Assembly: GCF_009834535.1 (NCBI RefSeq)
Contig: NC_045697.1
Location: forward strand, 1,304,001-1,368,000
DNA: 64,000 bases
Source: Camelus ferus
Taxonomy: Eukaryota
Reading direction: 5' to 3'
Shown here: positions 13,490 through 25,701 of the stretch, in pieces
Layout: every line of letters begins with the position of its first letter
Numbering within the stretch: position 1 is the stretch's first letter
Translations under genes and position numbers: made by a program
The notes under the pieces: generated by a model
Seen by the model: only the letters and a program-made list of their open reading frames with translations
The model's database searches: none
What the model was told of the DNA's origin: nothing

Positions 13490-13757
13490 CTACACGGGTC
13501 AAGACAGAAAACAAGACTGTAGGTCCCAAAGGCCACACAAGACCCCCCACAGTGGGCTCGGCCCCAGGTGAGAAGCAACAAGGCATCCAGCGCTTGCAGT
13601 GTGATTAACCTCACTCAGCACCTGCTTCGTCCATTACAGAAAGAGGCGTGTCCCTAGGGGTCCCCGGGCCACGCGTGGGGTCGGGAAGACAGCAGATTGG
13701 GGTGGCTGACTGTGATTCTAGGATGGGCTCTTGCTACAAATGAGATCCTAAAACCTC

Positions 13758-13850
13758 TTTTTTCCTTTCCTTTAAATGGAGGCACCGGGGATTGAATGCA
13801 GGACGCCGTGCGTGCTAAGAAGCATGTACTCTGCCACTGAGCTATTTTCC
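13758..13850 (-). mobile_element. tRNA-derived SINE (vic-1 type), reverse orientation
   Basis: Reverse complement reads TAGCTCAGTGGCAGAGTACATGCT..TTAGCACGCACGGCGTCCTGCATTCAATCCCCGGTGCCTCCATTTAAA. Confidence 0.8.
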
Positions 13851-13984
13851 TTTTCCTTTTTCTTTCTTTTTTGAGATTCTGAAACCTCTTGCTGAAAACA
13901 GGAAAAACCCTGATTCTTAGGGATTTGATGATTGCAGTAATAAAAAGTTTTAGGAGTGAAAAAAATACATGTTAGTTTACATAC

Positions 13985-14290
13985 AGATTTCCATCCTTTG
14001 GTCCAACAAATATTAGCGGGCACTGTCTGTGCCAGGCACTGGCTGATACACAGGAAGAGGGCAGGTGTGGCCCCTGCCCGTGGGGGTCACATAAGAAGAT
14101 GCAGATGATAAACAGATATTTATGAGTGAAGACTAAATGACAGTAGTGGCAATGGCAGCAAAGGACAGTGCCTGCCGGAAGGAAGGCACAGCAGGGCGCC
14201 CAGCTTAGTCTGGAGACTTCCTGGAGGAGGGGGCATTGAGCCAGATGTCCGAGATGGAGTGAATTTAATGACAAGGACTGGGATGAGCCT
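13985..14290 (-). mobile_element. L2 3' fragment
   Basis: caacaaatattagcgggcactgtctgtgccaggcactgg...gacttcctggaggagggggcattgag resembles an antisense L2 3' end. Confidence 0.65.
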
Positions 14291-14582
14291 AAAGCAGGTC
14301 CTCTAGGCCGATGCACACTGTTCCCTGCTGGGAAAAGCTCAGGCTGGCCTGAGGACTGAGTGCCCGGTTAAATGCTCCCGCACAGCCGTGACTCTCCACA
14401 CGCTGAGCACACCCACGCAGACATGACCAGATGGAGAAACAGAGCGCTGACCCGGGTCCCAGGCGCCCTCTCGTCCCTTTGTGGTCACCCCGCCACCGCA
14501 ACCACCCTGACAATCTCTAGATGGACGGGAATTTGCAATCTGTGCTCTTTTGAGGCATGTGGTTTGCCAATATCATAGTCGT

Positions 14583-14762
14583 GGAGTTGCCAAAGGAAAC
14601 ATTGGACATCCAGTTCCACTAGAATAACAAACAGCAAATGCGCTTAAGTGCACAAATCCTTTTTAGAGTAAGTGCTGACACTCACACGGTATTACCGTTT
14701 ATCTGAAATCCAAATTTAATTGCACATTCTGCTGTTTTGCTCTGTTAGCTCTGGCAACCCTG
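14583..14762. mobile_element. MER53-like hAT MITE
   Basis: Termini gagttgcca...tggcaaccctg and internal tttatctgaaatccaaatttaa match the palindromic MER53 consensus as recalled. Confidence 0.65.
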
Positions 14763-14789
14763 TCTGGTGAGATTCACGGTAGCTGTAGA

Positions 14790-17700
14790 TCATTCAGTCT
14801 CACGGTGGAAACACACCCAATTTATCTCTGAATCCTTTCTCTGCCTGATGGGCCCTGGCTGCCGGGACCACAGCTGTGAGCACCTCTCCTGGGGAACGTG
14901 GGTGTGTATCTGCAAGTGCACATGCTGAGTGTCGGCGAGAGGCGTGTCCCCACTGAGATCCCCAGTGTTCGCTGACAGTTCTGCCTCTCTGCGCCGGGTG
15001 GGCACTTGGTCTTTTCCACGTCGCCCCTTCCTGTGTGTGTGCAGGGGCACTCGCTGTGGTTTGACATGGCTTTGGCCTGCTTGCTCAGGGAGTCCGCACC
15101 GGCTCCTATGCTCAATGGCCCTGGCAGAGCATCTCTGCGAGGTGCTGGTTCAAGACTTCTGCCCACTTTTTTTGTTGGGTTATCTGCCTTTCTCTTGCAG
15201 ATGGGTAGGAGTTCTGTATACACTTTGGATTTGAGCTGTCAGTTGGATGTGGTCTCCAATCCTGTGGCTTGCCTTTTCACGCTCCTCACTGTGTCTTGTG
15301 ACAAACTAAAGCTTTTCATTTTAACAAAGTTCAAGGCGTCACATTTTTTCCTTACGGTTTCGTGCTTTTGTCCCTGTTTAAGAAACCTCTGCCTAAGCCA
15401 AGGTCATAAGGATGCACTCGACCTTTCCCTCTGAAAGTGCTGGTTCACTTCGCACATTCGTGTCTGCAATCTGTCTAGAACTGGTGTTTTCTATGACTGT
15501 GTTAAGGATCCAGACACATTTTCCCCTCATATGGATACTTTTTGATTCAGCCATTCATTGAGAAAACCAACCACTCTCCGCTGTTCTGTATTTTCACCTT
15601 TGCTGTGAGTCAGGGAAGCGCGTGTGCGACGGTCTGCTTCCAGACCCCCAGTCTGCTGGATGCTCAGCGCTCACCTCTGCCAGTGCGACTGCGGCTTTAT
15701 GACAGGAAGCGTGTCCAGCAGTGTCCGCTGTGTATGAAGCACACTCAGAGAAGCGCGCACACACGTTCACCAGTTTGGCCACACCAGCCTTGCTCGTGAC
15801 AGCCACCCCGAGGCCGTCGAGCGTAGAACAGATCAGTAACATCCTCCTGTGTCCTTCTGCTTCAGCGATCTTCTCCTTGGCTCATCCAGGTCCGTGGTGT
15901 TTCTACATGAGTTTTAGACTTAGTTTGTCAATTCCAGGAGAAAGAAAGAAAAGAAGCCTCCTGGGATTTTGACTGAGGCTGCTTTGAATTCACAGGTTCT
16001 CAGATTAATGAGAATAGCTGGTGTCTTTTCAATTTTCAGCTCTACACTCCCTGAAAATGGAATAGCTATTTATGTAGGTCTTTAAATTTTTATGTCAAAA
16101 ACACTTTGTAACTTTCAGCGGAGGTCTTCGACACCCTCAGGTCTATGCGTTAGTAACTGACTGCTTACTGACATCATTACAGACGATATTTAAATCTTTC
16201 ACTTGATAAAATACATATAACATAAAACTGACGGACTTAGCTATTTTTAAGTGACAGTTCAGTGGTATTAAATACATTCACATTGCTGTGCAGACATCAC
16301 CACCATCCCTCCCTGTAACTCTCTCATCTTCTAAGACTAACACTTTGAACCCCTTAAACAGTAACTCCCAGCCTCTCCTCCCTCCAGCCCCGGCAACCAC
16401 CGTTGTGCCTTCTGCGCCTGTGGCTCTGAAGACTCCAGGGGCCTCGTGCAACTGGAATCATACATTATTTGTCTCTTTGTGACCAGCTTGTTTCACTTAG
16501 CACGTCCTCAAAGCCCACCCATGTCATAGCAGGTGTCAGAATCTCCTTCCTTTTTAAGGCTGGGTAATATGCATTGCATGGATGGTCCATGCTTTGCCTG
16601 CCCATTCACCTGCCATGGTGATGTCCATGTCTCACAGCTACTGTGAATGACGTTGCTATGAATGTGGGTTACAAGTATCTCTTCAAGGTACTGCCTTCAG
16701 TTCTTTTGGGTATAAACCCAGAAGGGGGATTTCTAGATCACCTGGCAGTTCTGTTTTCAATTTTTTGAGGAACCCCCATACTGCTTTCCACAGCAGCCTG
16801 CACCATTTTCCATCCTCACCAACAGTGCACGAAAGTGCCAACTTCCCCACGTCCTCTCCACACTTGCTGTTTCCATTTCTTTGACAGCACCACCCTCATG
16901 GGCGTGAGGGGCTATCTCGCTATGGTTTGATTTGCACTTCCCTGACCGTGATGTTGAGCATCTTTTCGTGTACCTGTTGGCCATTTGTACATCTTCTCTG
17001 GAGAAATGTCTGTTCAAGTTCTTTGCCCATTTGAATCAGATTCTTTTAGTTGCTGAGTATTAGGAGCTCTCTCTATATTCTAGATATTAATTCCTTATCA
17101 TATATATGACATGCAAATATTTTCTCCCATTCTATGCATTGCCTTCTTACTCTTGTTGATACTGCCTTTTGATGCACAGAATTCCGAAATTTTCACAAAG
17201 TCCAATTTGTCTGATTCTTATTCTGTTACCTGTGACTTTGGTGTTGTGTCCAAGAAACCACTGCCGAAAGCAATGTCATAAATCTTTTGTCCCATGTTTT
17301 CTTGTAAGAGTTTTGTAGTTTTAGCTTACATTTAGGTCCCCGATTCTTTTGTGAGTTGATTTTCTTACATGATGTTAGATAAGGGCCCAGCTTCACGTGT
17401 GTGCACACGTGTGTCATCTTTTATCAGATTAAGGAAACTCCCTTCTATCTCTAATTTGCTAAGAGATGTTTTCATCATAAAATAGGTGTTACATTTTTCA
17501 AACTCTTTTTCTGTAACTTTCAAAATGATTTGGTTTTTCTTCCTTTTTAAGAAATTAATACAGCAAAACACTGAGTTTAGTTTCAAATGCTAAACTACAC
17601 CACGTATAATGGAAGCCGCACGAGACACGGCAGCGGCTGTTCCGCGCCGTCCAGGTTCACTTATGCCCACACCAGGTGCTTAAGTCTCTCCCGAACTCCC

Positions 17701-18260
17701 ACATTTCCACCTCAGACTTTTCCCCTCTGTTGGAAGAACTCCAATTAGTTGTGTTTTTTTTTTTTTAATGTGTGGGCTGCTGCTAACAAATTTTCTTCAG
17801 CTTTCTGAATAGTTTTCTGAAGAATCGTGTTTCTGAATAATTCATTATTTCACCTTCATTTCTGAAGGATTTTTGGTGGTTATAACTATTCTCAGGAGCA
17901 GCATTTAAAATACAGATCATTTCGTTGCCTTTTGGCCTCCGTGGCTTTTGAGAAGACAGTCGTCAACCCTACATTCTTTTCAAAGTAACATGTTCCTCCC
18001 CTCGGCTGTGTCTAGGATTCTTTTCTTCCTTTTCAGCAACTTCACTGTGATACACCTGTCGCGTTTTGTGTTCATCTTGTTTGTAGTTTTCTTGTGCCTC
18101 CGAATCTGTGGGCAAAGTTTTTTTCTTCAATTTTGGACAACTCTTGGCCATTAGTCCTCTGAATAATATTTCTACTCGTTTCCTCTACTCCTTCCTCCTG
18201 ATTCCAGTTGTGGACGTTAGACTTTTCGGAATGTCACATGGGTCTCTTGCTCTGGGCTCT
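14790..18260 (-). mobile_element. Cluster of nested or adjacent old L1 fragments (best preserved piece ~16195-17395)
   Basis: T-rich antisense L1 3'UTR/ORF2 motifs, e.g. ttggccatttgtacatcttctctggagaaatgtctgttcaag; ORF 16757..17017(-) [15 protein letters not shown] is L1 ORF2-like. Confidence 0.85.
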
Positions 18261-18811
18261 TCCCTTGCCTGTGTTCCCAGCGCCTTGGTCCTCCCTAAGC
18301 CACCCTGGTTTCACGGCGTCTCCTGTAAGATGGGCCATGTCCGTCTGGCAGGGCCACAGAGAAGTTTCTGTGAGAAACTGTGAAGAGGGCCCAGTGTCCG
18401 GGCCACCAGCCAGGGCGGCTGCCATCTCGTGACTGCCTGTCGGTGTGAAGGTCTTACTGCCTCCAGCCAAGAGCAAAGAACCTGTCCCGTGGGGAAGGAG
18501 AGATGTGGGGGTTAAAGGGAGCTCCAGACAGTACAGACCAAAGACAGAGACCAAGGTTCCAGCAGCGCTGACGTGAACAGAAGAAACTCTAGGGCTGTTG
18601 GTGAACAAAAGTCAAGAATTAGCTTCACACAGAAGCCAGAGGTTTCCCACTCTCCAGAGCTCCGCCCTGAGGAACCACCCTGCTCTTGAGGTATCCGGTG
18701 AAGGCAAGCAAGACCGGCTTTGTCCAGCGAGGTCACTGCCGCCCCACAGGACTAGGTGTAACCCCCAACCCCAGAAGGAAGGGGGCTCAGGGGCAAACGC
18801 CGCCCCCCCAC

Positions 18812-18913
18812 CTGATTTTCCGCAGCAACATGTGGAAAGGCCGGAACAGCTCAGACATATCCTCTGCCTTGCGGTCCAGGTTCAGGGGTCCGTCCGCGTA
18901 GACCACGAGGCCA
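18812..18913 (-). CDS. ZFYVE28: ZFYVE28 coding exon 7 (102 nt, phase 2-2): (C)[33 protein letters not shown](R)
   Basis: Acceptor tcttgaatgcAG|T GGC, donor AG|GTGGGG. The peptide appears in ORF 18787..18978(-). Confidence 0.96.
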
Positions 18914-21900
18914 CTGCATTCAAGACACAAATCCAGCCTATTGTCAGGCCCTGCGGCTGCGTGGCCAGCCCAGACCACACCCCGGACACTGCGCTCAGCT
19001 CCCGCACATGCTTCCCCTCTGAGATCAAACCTTAAATAAGTTTAGAAAAAAAGCAATGAAAATTATTACCCAGATCTTTCCCCTCGTTTGAAGTTGACTA
19101 GCTTATGTTCATTTGAGGGATCATAAAATAACTGTAAAAACAGATCTGCACACTTCACTGCTATAATCAGATAAAACCATCATAAAGACTTGTTACTAAC
19201 ATCCACCTCCTTGAAAATGAAAAACCTGGATTTGCGTTTGACACAAATTTAACACAAATGCAAAGGTTTGTGAGAACTGGACCTGAAACCATCTACTCCA
19301 AAAGGGAAACAGGACTTGGCGGGGAGGGCCGAGGTCCTGCCCAGGGACTGAGGGCAGCCCTGCCTGGCCCTCCCACCAGTGTGGAGCCCTGAGCCCAGGG
19401 CCTGTGGGTCGGGGTCCGGTGGGAACGCTGCACAGACAGGGTGAGACTCTCCAGAGCGTGCTCTGCAGGCTGCCCTCCAGCCTCCCATGGGCTCCCAGAG
19501 CCTGACCTCCCTTGCCCTGTCTACATACCTGAAGTCCAGTGCCGCCCTGAGGTCTGGACAGGTCAGTCTGGGATGCACTTTCTGCTCTAAGTGGTGCAGA
19601 GCAGGGTTCAGAAAAGGTGGCCCAGCTTCCCAAGGGGGTAGCCAGTGTAGACAGAGACAAGCAGAGACGCGGGCTGAGCCCCGCCAGCAGAGCCTAGACG
19701 CGGGGAGGTGCGATGGTGCTGTGGAGGGGGTAGCAACCAGGCTGCGTGGGGTCCCTGAGGACATGACTGGTCCACCCTGAGGGGCCAGTCAGGTAAGGGC
19801 TGGGAAGTAAGCACGGGGTCTAGAGATGTCATTTTGTTTCTTTGTTCCTTTAAACAAACTGTCTTAAGATAAACCCTTAAAAGTAAAACTAGCTTGTCAG
19901 TTTGAACCTCATGGAGACTCACTTCCCCGCTGTGTCCCCAGTGTCCCCGCCAGCTGCAGGGACATGAGGGCTGTGCTGGGCGGAGGGCCAGGGCACAGGG
20001 GTGCAGGGAGTGGGGACCAGGGCTCAGGGCTGCAGAGCTCCCAGGCTGCCTGTGGACTCCTGCATGGCCAAGGCCTGGCCTCCTCCTGGCCTCCAGCTCC
20101 ACACGGCCCTCTCCCCACTCCTGCCAATTCCTCAGGCCTCAGTTTACCACTGCAGACAGGCCTCCCACAATGGCCACAGAACCCAGCATTTTCTGTTTTG
20201 TTTTGTCATAAGGCAAAAAGTGGGCTCCAATGTCAGCCTGTGGGCTGTGGTGGGTTCTGCCACCTCAGGCCTCTTGTAGCCTCAGTGTCCCCACCCAAGC
20301 TGGTAAATGTCACATGGTCGCTTCATTAATATTTTATTACCAGGCCGGAGGGGTGGGGGTCCTGGAGGCAGTGCGGGAGGGGTTGGAGCAGAGGCTCTGC
20401 CCTCACCTACCCCTACTGAGTGCTCCCTGAGTGTCACCTGAGGGTCCCAGGACACCCACATCACAAAGACAGCATCCTGCAAGGGTGCTGCCCCAGGAAC
20501 GTGGCTGGAGGGCCCTCATTTCCACACAAGCGCCTGGGGCCTCCCGTTCTCACTCCAGCTGTGGAGCTGCTTTGGCCCCTCTGCACACACTGCCCGCTGC
20601 CCAAGCATCCACTGCCTGCTGGGCTCCCACCTCTGCTGCCAGAGTTCTGCTCTGGGGCCCTGGGGAGCCTCTCCACCGTGCCTCCAGTTCCCGTCCACCC
20701 CTGCCTGTATGCCGGTGTCCAGAACACTCCATGGCAACTGCCTGTCTTACCTGCCTTACGCCTCCCCTTTGGGCACCACAGTGCCCCTGGGGACAGGCCC
20801 AGGGAGGCGCTCAGTGCATGCTGGCTGAGTGAACACAGGAAGGGGTGAGTCCGGGGGCCTCTGCCTGCCCAGCCCAGGGCACAGAGTGGCTTCTGTGGAC
20901 GACGAGGAACAAGACTGGGAGCTGTTGGTGGCGGGACTGTGGGTCCTGCAGGGACCTGGTGAGCAGCCCTGAAGGGGGCTGCTGGCTCCAGAACCAGCTG
21001 CTTACAAGCCAGTTCTCCCCTCTCCTTCTGGAAGGAGAGGGAGTTGTGGTTAAGCCTGGCACTCCTCAGATCCTCAGACCCACAGCCTGGCTCCAAGGTG
21101 GAACTGACTGGCCTCTCTGATGGCTGCCATGAAGCCCTTCCCGACTCTGGGCTCCCACCATGCAGCCGACCCCACCGTGCCTGCTCCCCCCAACTTCAAC
21201 TTCAAACCCAGCCTCCCTTCCCTGTGACTCAGAGCTTCCCCTCATGCCCCGGGGGGTCCCTCAGCTCTGCTTCCAGGCCCCTCTGCAGCCTGAGCCAGAG
21301 AGGCCCCCATGCAGTGCCCTCAGGAGGGGCCACACGGGACAAAGTTGCTGCCCCCGGGCCCTCCCTGCTCTCCCAGGACAAGGGTCCAAGTTCGGATGTC
21401 AGAGGGCAACGTGAGGCCAGCAGACAGCGCAGCGACCCCGCTCAGGGAGCCAGCTCGGTGAGAAGGGCGAGGCTGAGAGCAGGCCCTGAGGCCGCCCAGG
21501 CTCGGGCCACCGGCACTGGGGAGGCCGATAAAAGAGCCGAACACACACAAGGGACTCAAGTATGAGAACCCAGAAGCACGGCGCTGGGCTGTTTGACACC
21601 CTCATCTTTATCTTAGCACAGGCGTGCTGCCAAAAGTCTCTGGGCCTCTCCTGAGGCTTAGAATAGGCTCTCTCTACGATGACGTAAACTGTTGAGAGGT
21701 TCCGGAAAGGCCGCCATGGCTGAGCGCCCTCCCAAGACCACGGTCAAGACTTCCCAGACGGAAGGCAGCTCTGGGGGCCCAGTGAGGCCAGGAGAGCGAG
21801 GTGGCGGGGGGAGTGGTGCTATCCGGGTCCCCAAGCCCAAGAGCAGCCACAGGCGTGGTGGGGGGCCGACCCTGCGTGTCCAGAGGGGCCATTCAGGCTT

Positions 21901-23065
21901 CTCAGAAATCCTGGGAACGGGCAGCCCCCACCCCTCCTGCCCTTCTTCACCCAAGTCCTTTCTGTGTTTCACAAGCATTTAAATCTCTGGAGTCTCAGGG
22001 CGGTGCAAGACACTTCTGACCAGGCCCAGGGTGGCCCCCCTGCTCACTCCCCCACTCCTCCTGCACACACCTTGTCCACGTGCAGCCCCTCTGTCCAGAA
22101 GCTGGCCCCGTCCCGCTGCACAGCCACAGCCTCCACCATTCCTGCTGCAGCACCCCCGCTTCCCAAAGGAAGCACTCACCCTCAGTGAGCTCCCTTGGGG
22201 CAGCTGCACCTGAACCCACCCTGGCCCCCATGGCCACCCCAGGTTCTCCAGGCCAGTTCACTGCCGTTCACACCTGCAATCGGCCCCTGCCCCCCGCTCT
22301 CTGCCCAGCTCCACACCTGCACACCCGCTGCCCCTGCGGCCCATGCTCACCAGCCCCACCCTCCCCACCTGGCCGGGGGGAAGGTGCCATCTGTCTGGGA
22401 GTCAGGGCATGGCTGAGCAGCAGTGGACGAAGCCCAACCCTTGGGCTCCGACCTTGGCTCATTCAGCACATGCCCATGCCCTCCCTCAGTGTGTCTGAGA
22501 CTGGACCTCACGTGCTGCCCCGACCTCTTTGAGGCCAAAGACCCAGAGGCCCAGACTGGAGCTCTGCTGCTCTCACCAGACACTCCCACGCCCATCAGCC
22601 AGATAGGCTGCACCCTACCTGCCCTTCACGCAGTCTTCACCTCCCAGCCGGCCCACAGATTAGCCAGATAAGCCCATCACATCGTCCAGCAGACCAGGGG
22701 CACCGCACCCTCTTGTTCCTACAAAGCCGGCTCCCGCAGCCCCGCTGGGTCGCCCTCTTCCCCGCCTGGAGCCCTGGGCCCTCCCCCAGGGCTGCTGAGC
22801 GCACCTCTCCGGCACCAGGTGTTGGGTGTTTGGCTGTCTTGTGCCATGTAACCTGGGGGAGCCCTCCCTCAGTGGGGGCAAAGGGGAGACACTCAGAACA
22901 CCCGGCTCCTCATTCACTGGGACGACAGCAGGACTGCCCGGTGGCTGCCCTGGGGTGGCTAAGCAGTCGCCTGTCGGAGGGTGTAAATGCCACTTCCCAC
23001 CACCCGGCCCTGGTGGTCCTGCCAGGTTTCTGCAGAATGAAAGTCCAGGCAGGAGGGACACTCAC

Positions 23066-23155
23066 CACACGATGGCCAGACGGGGGATGGTGAACATCAG
23101 CGCCGGCTCATAGTCGTCAATCATGTCCTGGGTCAGGTACCCGAAGTCCAGGGCC
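23066..23155 (-). CDS. ZFYVE28: ZFYVE28 coding exon 6 (90 nt, phase 2-2): (R)[29 protein letters not shown](C)
   Basis: Acceptor cctgccttggccAG|G GCC, donor TG|GTGAGT; LST2-like peptide. Confidence 0.96.
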
Positions 23156-23923
23156 CTGGCCAAGGCAGGAAAGAGAAGGGGCGGCCCATGGTCAGCATGG
23201 GTCGGGGAAGCATCCACTAACCATCACCCGTGTCTGTGCTCAGCGACTGGCTAGAGGGGCCAGGCGCACAGGGTGCCGCGGTGGGACGCCCCCCCACCAC
23301 CGTCTTTCCCCTCCTGCCGCACTGCTGGATGGAAGGAGCAGGCGAGTGGGTCGAGTGGTGCTCACTGTGGGGCTGGTGAGGGCACAAAGTAGGAAAGCTA
23401 ATTCAGTCCTGGGTTTAAACAGGAAATGGAAGCAGCCTGAGTGCCAGGAATAAAGAGGAACAGAAACATCGCCCCAAACAACCTCACACTTCCCCAAGAA
23501 ACTGGCATTGCTCTCCTGGATTTAGCCTCATGCCCAGGCACTTGCAGACGGCTTTCTCTGCCTCCACAAGCAGGCGCTGCTGGCCTCGTGATGTTCAAAA
23601 TAAAAAGCGTTTCCTGTCACCTCATATTTTGACAACTGGCAATGCCTCTAAACACATCACAGTGAATAATCTGTCTTTAAAATCAACGAGCTAATGATGT
23701 GATATTGAGCCATCTTAAAACTTACCTAATACCAAGCACTAGTCAAATATGAGAAACATTCTAGCTTAAATCTTAGTCTCAAAGCCCATTCAGAAAATCT
23801 GATTTCAAATAACCATGCAAGGCATGAGGGGAATAGTTCTGATTCACCCTGAAAACCAGGCTCCCCAGACTGGGAGTCAGGAAGGCCTCCACCCAGGCCT
23901 GTGGAGGAGAGGAAATGAGAAGT

Positions 23924-25307
23924 GGGGAGGTGAGGGAGGTGAGGAGGTGAGAAGGTGAGGAGGTGAGGGAGGTGAGGAGGTGAGGGAGGTGAGGAGGTGA
24001 GAAGGTGAGGGAGGTGAGAGGGTGAGAAGGTGGGGATGGAGGAGGTGTGAGAAGGGTGAGGGAGGTGAGGGAGGTGAGAGGTGAGGTGAGGGAGGTGAGG
24101 AGGTGAGGAGGGGAGGTGAGGGAGGTGAGGAGGAGGTGAGGAGGTGAGGAGGTGAGAAGGTGACGGAGGTGAGGAGGTGAGAAGGTGAGGGAGGTGAGGA
24201 GGTGAGAAGGTGAGGAGGTGAGGGAGGTGAGGTGAGGGAGTGAGGAGGTGAGGAGATGAGGAGGTGAGGGAGGTGAGAAGGTGAGAAGGTGAGGGAGGTG
24301 AGGATGTGAGGAGGTGAGGAGGTTAGAAGGTGACGGAGGTGAGGAGGTGAGAAGGTGAGGAGGGAGGGAGAGGTGAGGTGAGGAGGTGGGTGAGAGGTGA
24401 GGAGGTGAGGAGGTGAGAAGAGAGGAGGTGAGGAGGTGAGAAGGTGAGGAGGTGAGGGAGGTGAGGAGGTGAGGGGGTGAGGAAGTGAGGTGAGGTGAGG
24501 ATTGTGGAGGAGGTGAGGAGGTGAGAAGCTGAGAAGGTGAGGAGGTTGAGGAGGTGAGGAGGTAGGATTTTGCAGTGAGGATTGTGAGACGGTGCGGAAG
24601 GTTTGAGGAGGTGAGGGAGGTGGGGCGGTGAGGAGGTGAGAGGTGAGGGAGTGAGGATGGTTGAGGGAGGTGAGGAGGTGAGGGAGGTGAGGAGTGAGTG
24701 AGGTGAGGTGAGGGATGAGGGGAGGTGTGAGGAGGGTGAGAAGGTTGAGGAGAATGAAGAGATGCGGTGAGGGACGGTGAGAAGGTGAGAAGGTGAGGAG
24801 TTGAGGATTCCTTTGTGAGAGGTGAGGAGGTTAGAAGCGTGACGGAGGGTGAGGAGGTGAGAAGGTGCGGAGGTGCGGCTGGTGAGGGAGGTGCGGTGAG
24901 GGAGGTGAGGGAGGTGCGGAGGTGAGGAAGTGAGGGAGGTGAGGAGGTGAGGAGGTGAGGAAGGTGCGGAGGTTGAGGGAGGTGAGGAGGTTGAGACGGT
25001 GAGGTGAGGGAGGTGGAGGAGGTGAGAAGGTGAGGAGGTGAGGGAGGTGGGGAGGTGAGGAGGTGAGGGAGGTGAGAAGGTGAGGAGGGTAAGGGAGGTG
25101 AGGTGGTGAGGGAGGTGATTAGGTGAGGGAGGTGAGGAGGTGAGGGAGGTGAGGAGATGAGAAGGTGAGGAGGTGGGGAGGTGGGGAGGTGAGGAGGTGA
25201 GGAGGTGAGGGAGGTGAGGATGTGAGAATGTGAGGTGGTGAGGAGGTGAGAAGGTGAGGAGGTGAGGGAGGTGAGGGAGGTGAGGGAGGTGAGGAGGTGA
25301 GGGAGGT
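23924..25307. repeat. Purine-rich 8-9 bp tandem array (GAGGTGAG/GGAGGTGAG/GAAGGTGA)n, ~160 units, in intron 5
   Basis: Directly visible. The ends are regular and the centre (~24480-24900) is degenerate. Confidence 0.97.
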
Positions 25308-25611
25308 CAGGAAGTCAGGCGTTCAGGAGGACCGGAGACCAGCTCCTGCTGATTGAGCCTTGAGCCCTCCTCCACTGAGGGAGATCCACCTGCAGGAGCC
25401 GCCCTCAGGGCCCAGAGAAAAGGGACCCTGGGGCTGAGGACGAGAGGGCAGATGTGAGAGGAGGCCTCGGGTTCTGCCCACAGCTGGGGAGGCGGCCTGG
25501 AACATGGACGTGGCGCAGGAAGGAGGCAGGTGACAACTGGACCAGGCCGCCCTGCCCAGGCCCTGCCCCTGCCCCTGCCCCAGGGCCCCGCCGGTGCCCT
25601 GGTGGCCTCAC

Positions 25612-25701
25612 CTCTCCACCGTCTCGCAGAACAGCACGATGACCTCCTGCTGCACGTAGTACTCCCTGGGGGACTTCACGGGCACCATGGCCGACACGTA
25701 G
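25612..25701 (-). CDS. ZFYVE28: ZFYVE28 coding exon 5 (90 nt, phase 2-2): (S)[29 protein letters not shown](R)
   Basis: Acceptor cgtttgcAG|C TAC, donor AG|GTGAGG; LST2-like peptide. Confidence 0.96.

Noticed and set aside
13490..13614. N-terminal extension of the 473-aa ORF (MRLITLQ...CLDPC)
   Set aside because: It lies upstream of the AG acceptor at 13490-13491, so it is intronic read-through and not LST2-like.
23066..25701. Mutually exclusive duplicated exons (two 90-nt exons)
   Set aside because: They have equal length but unrelated peptides, and both are needed to rebuild the known LST2 sequence.
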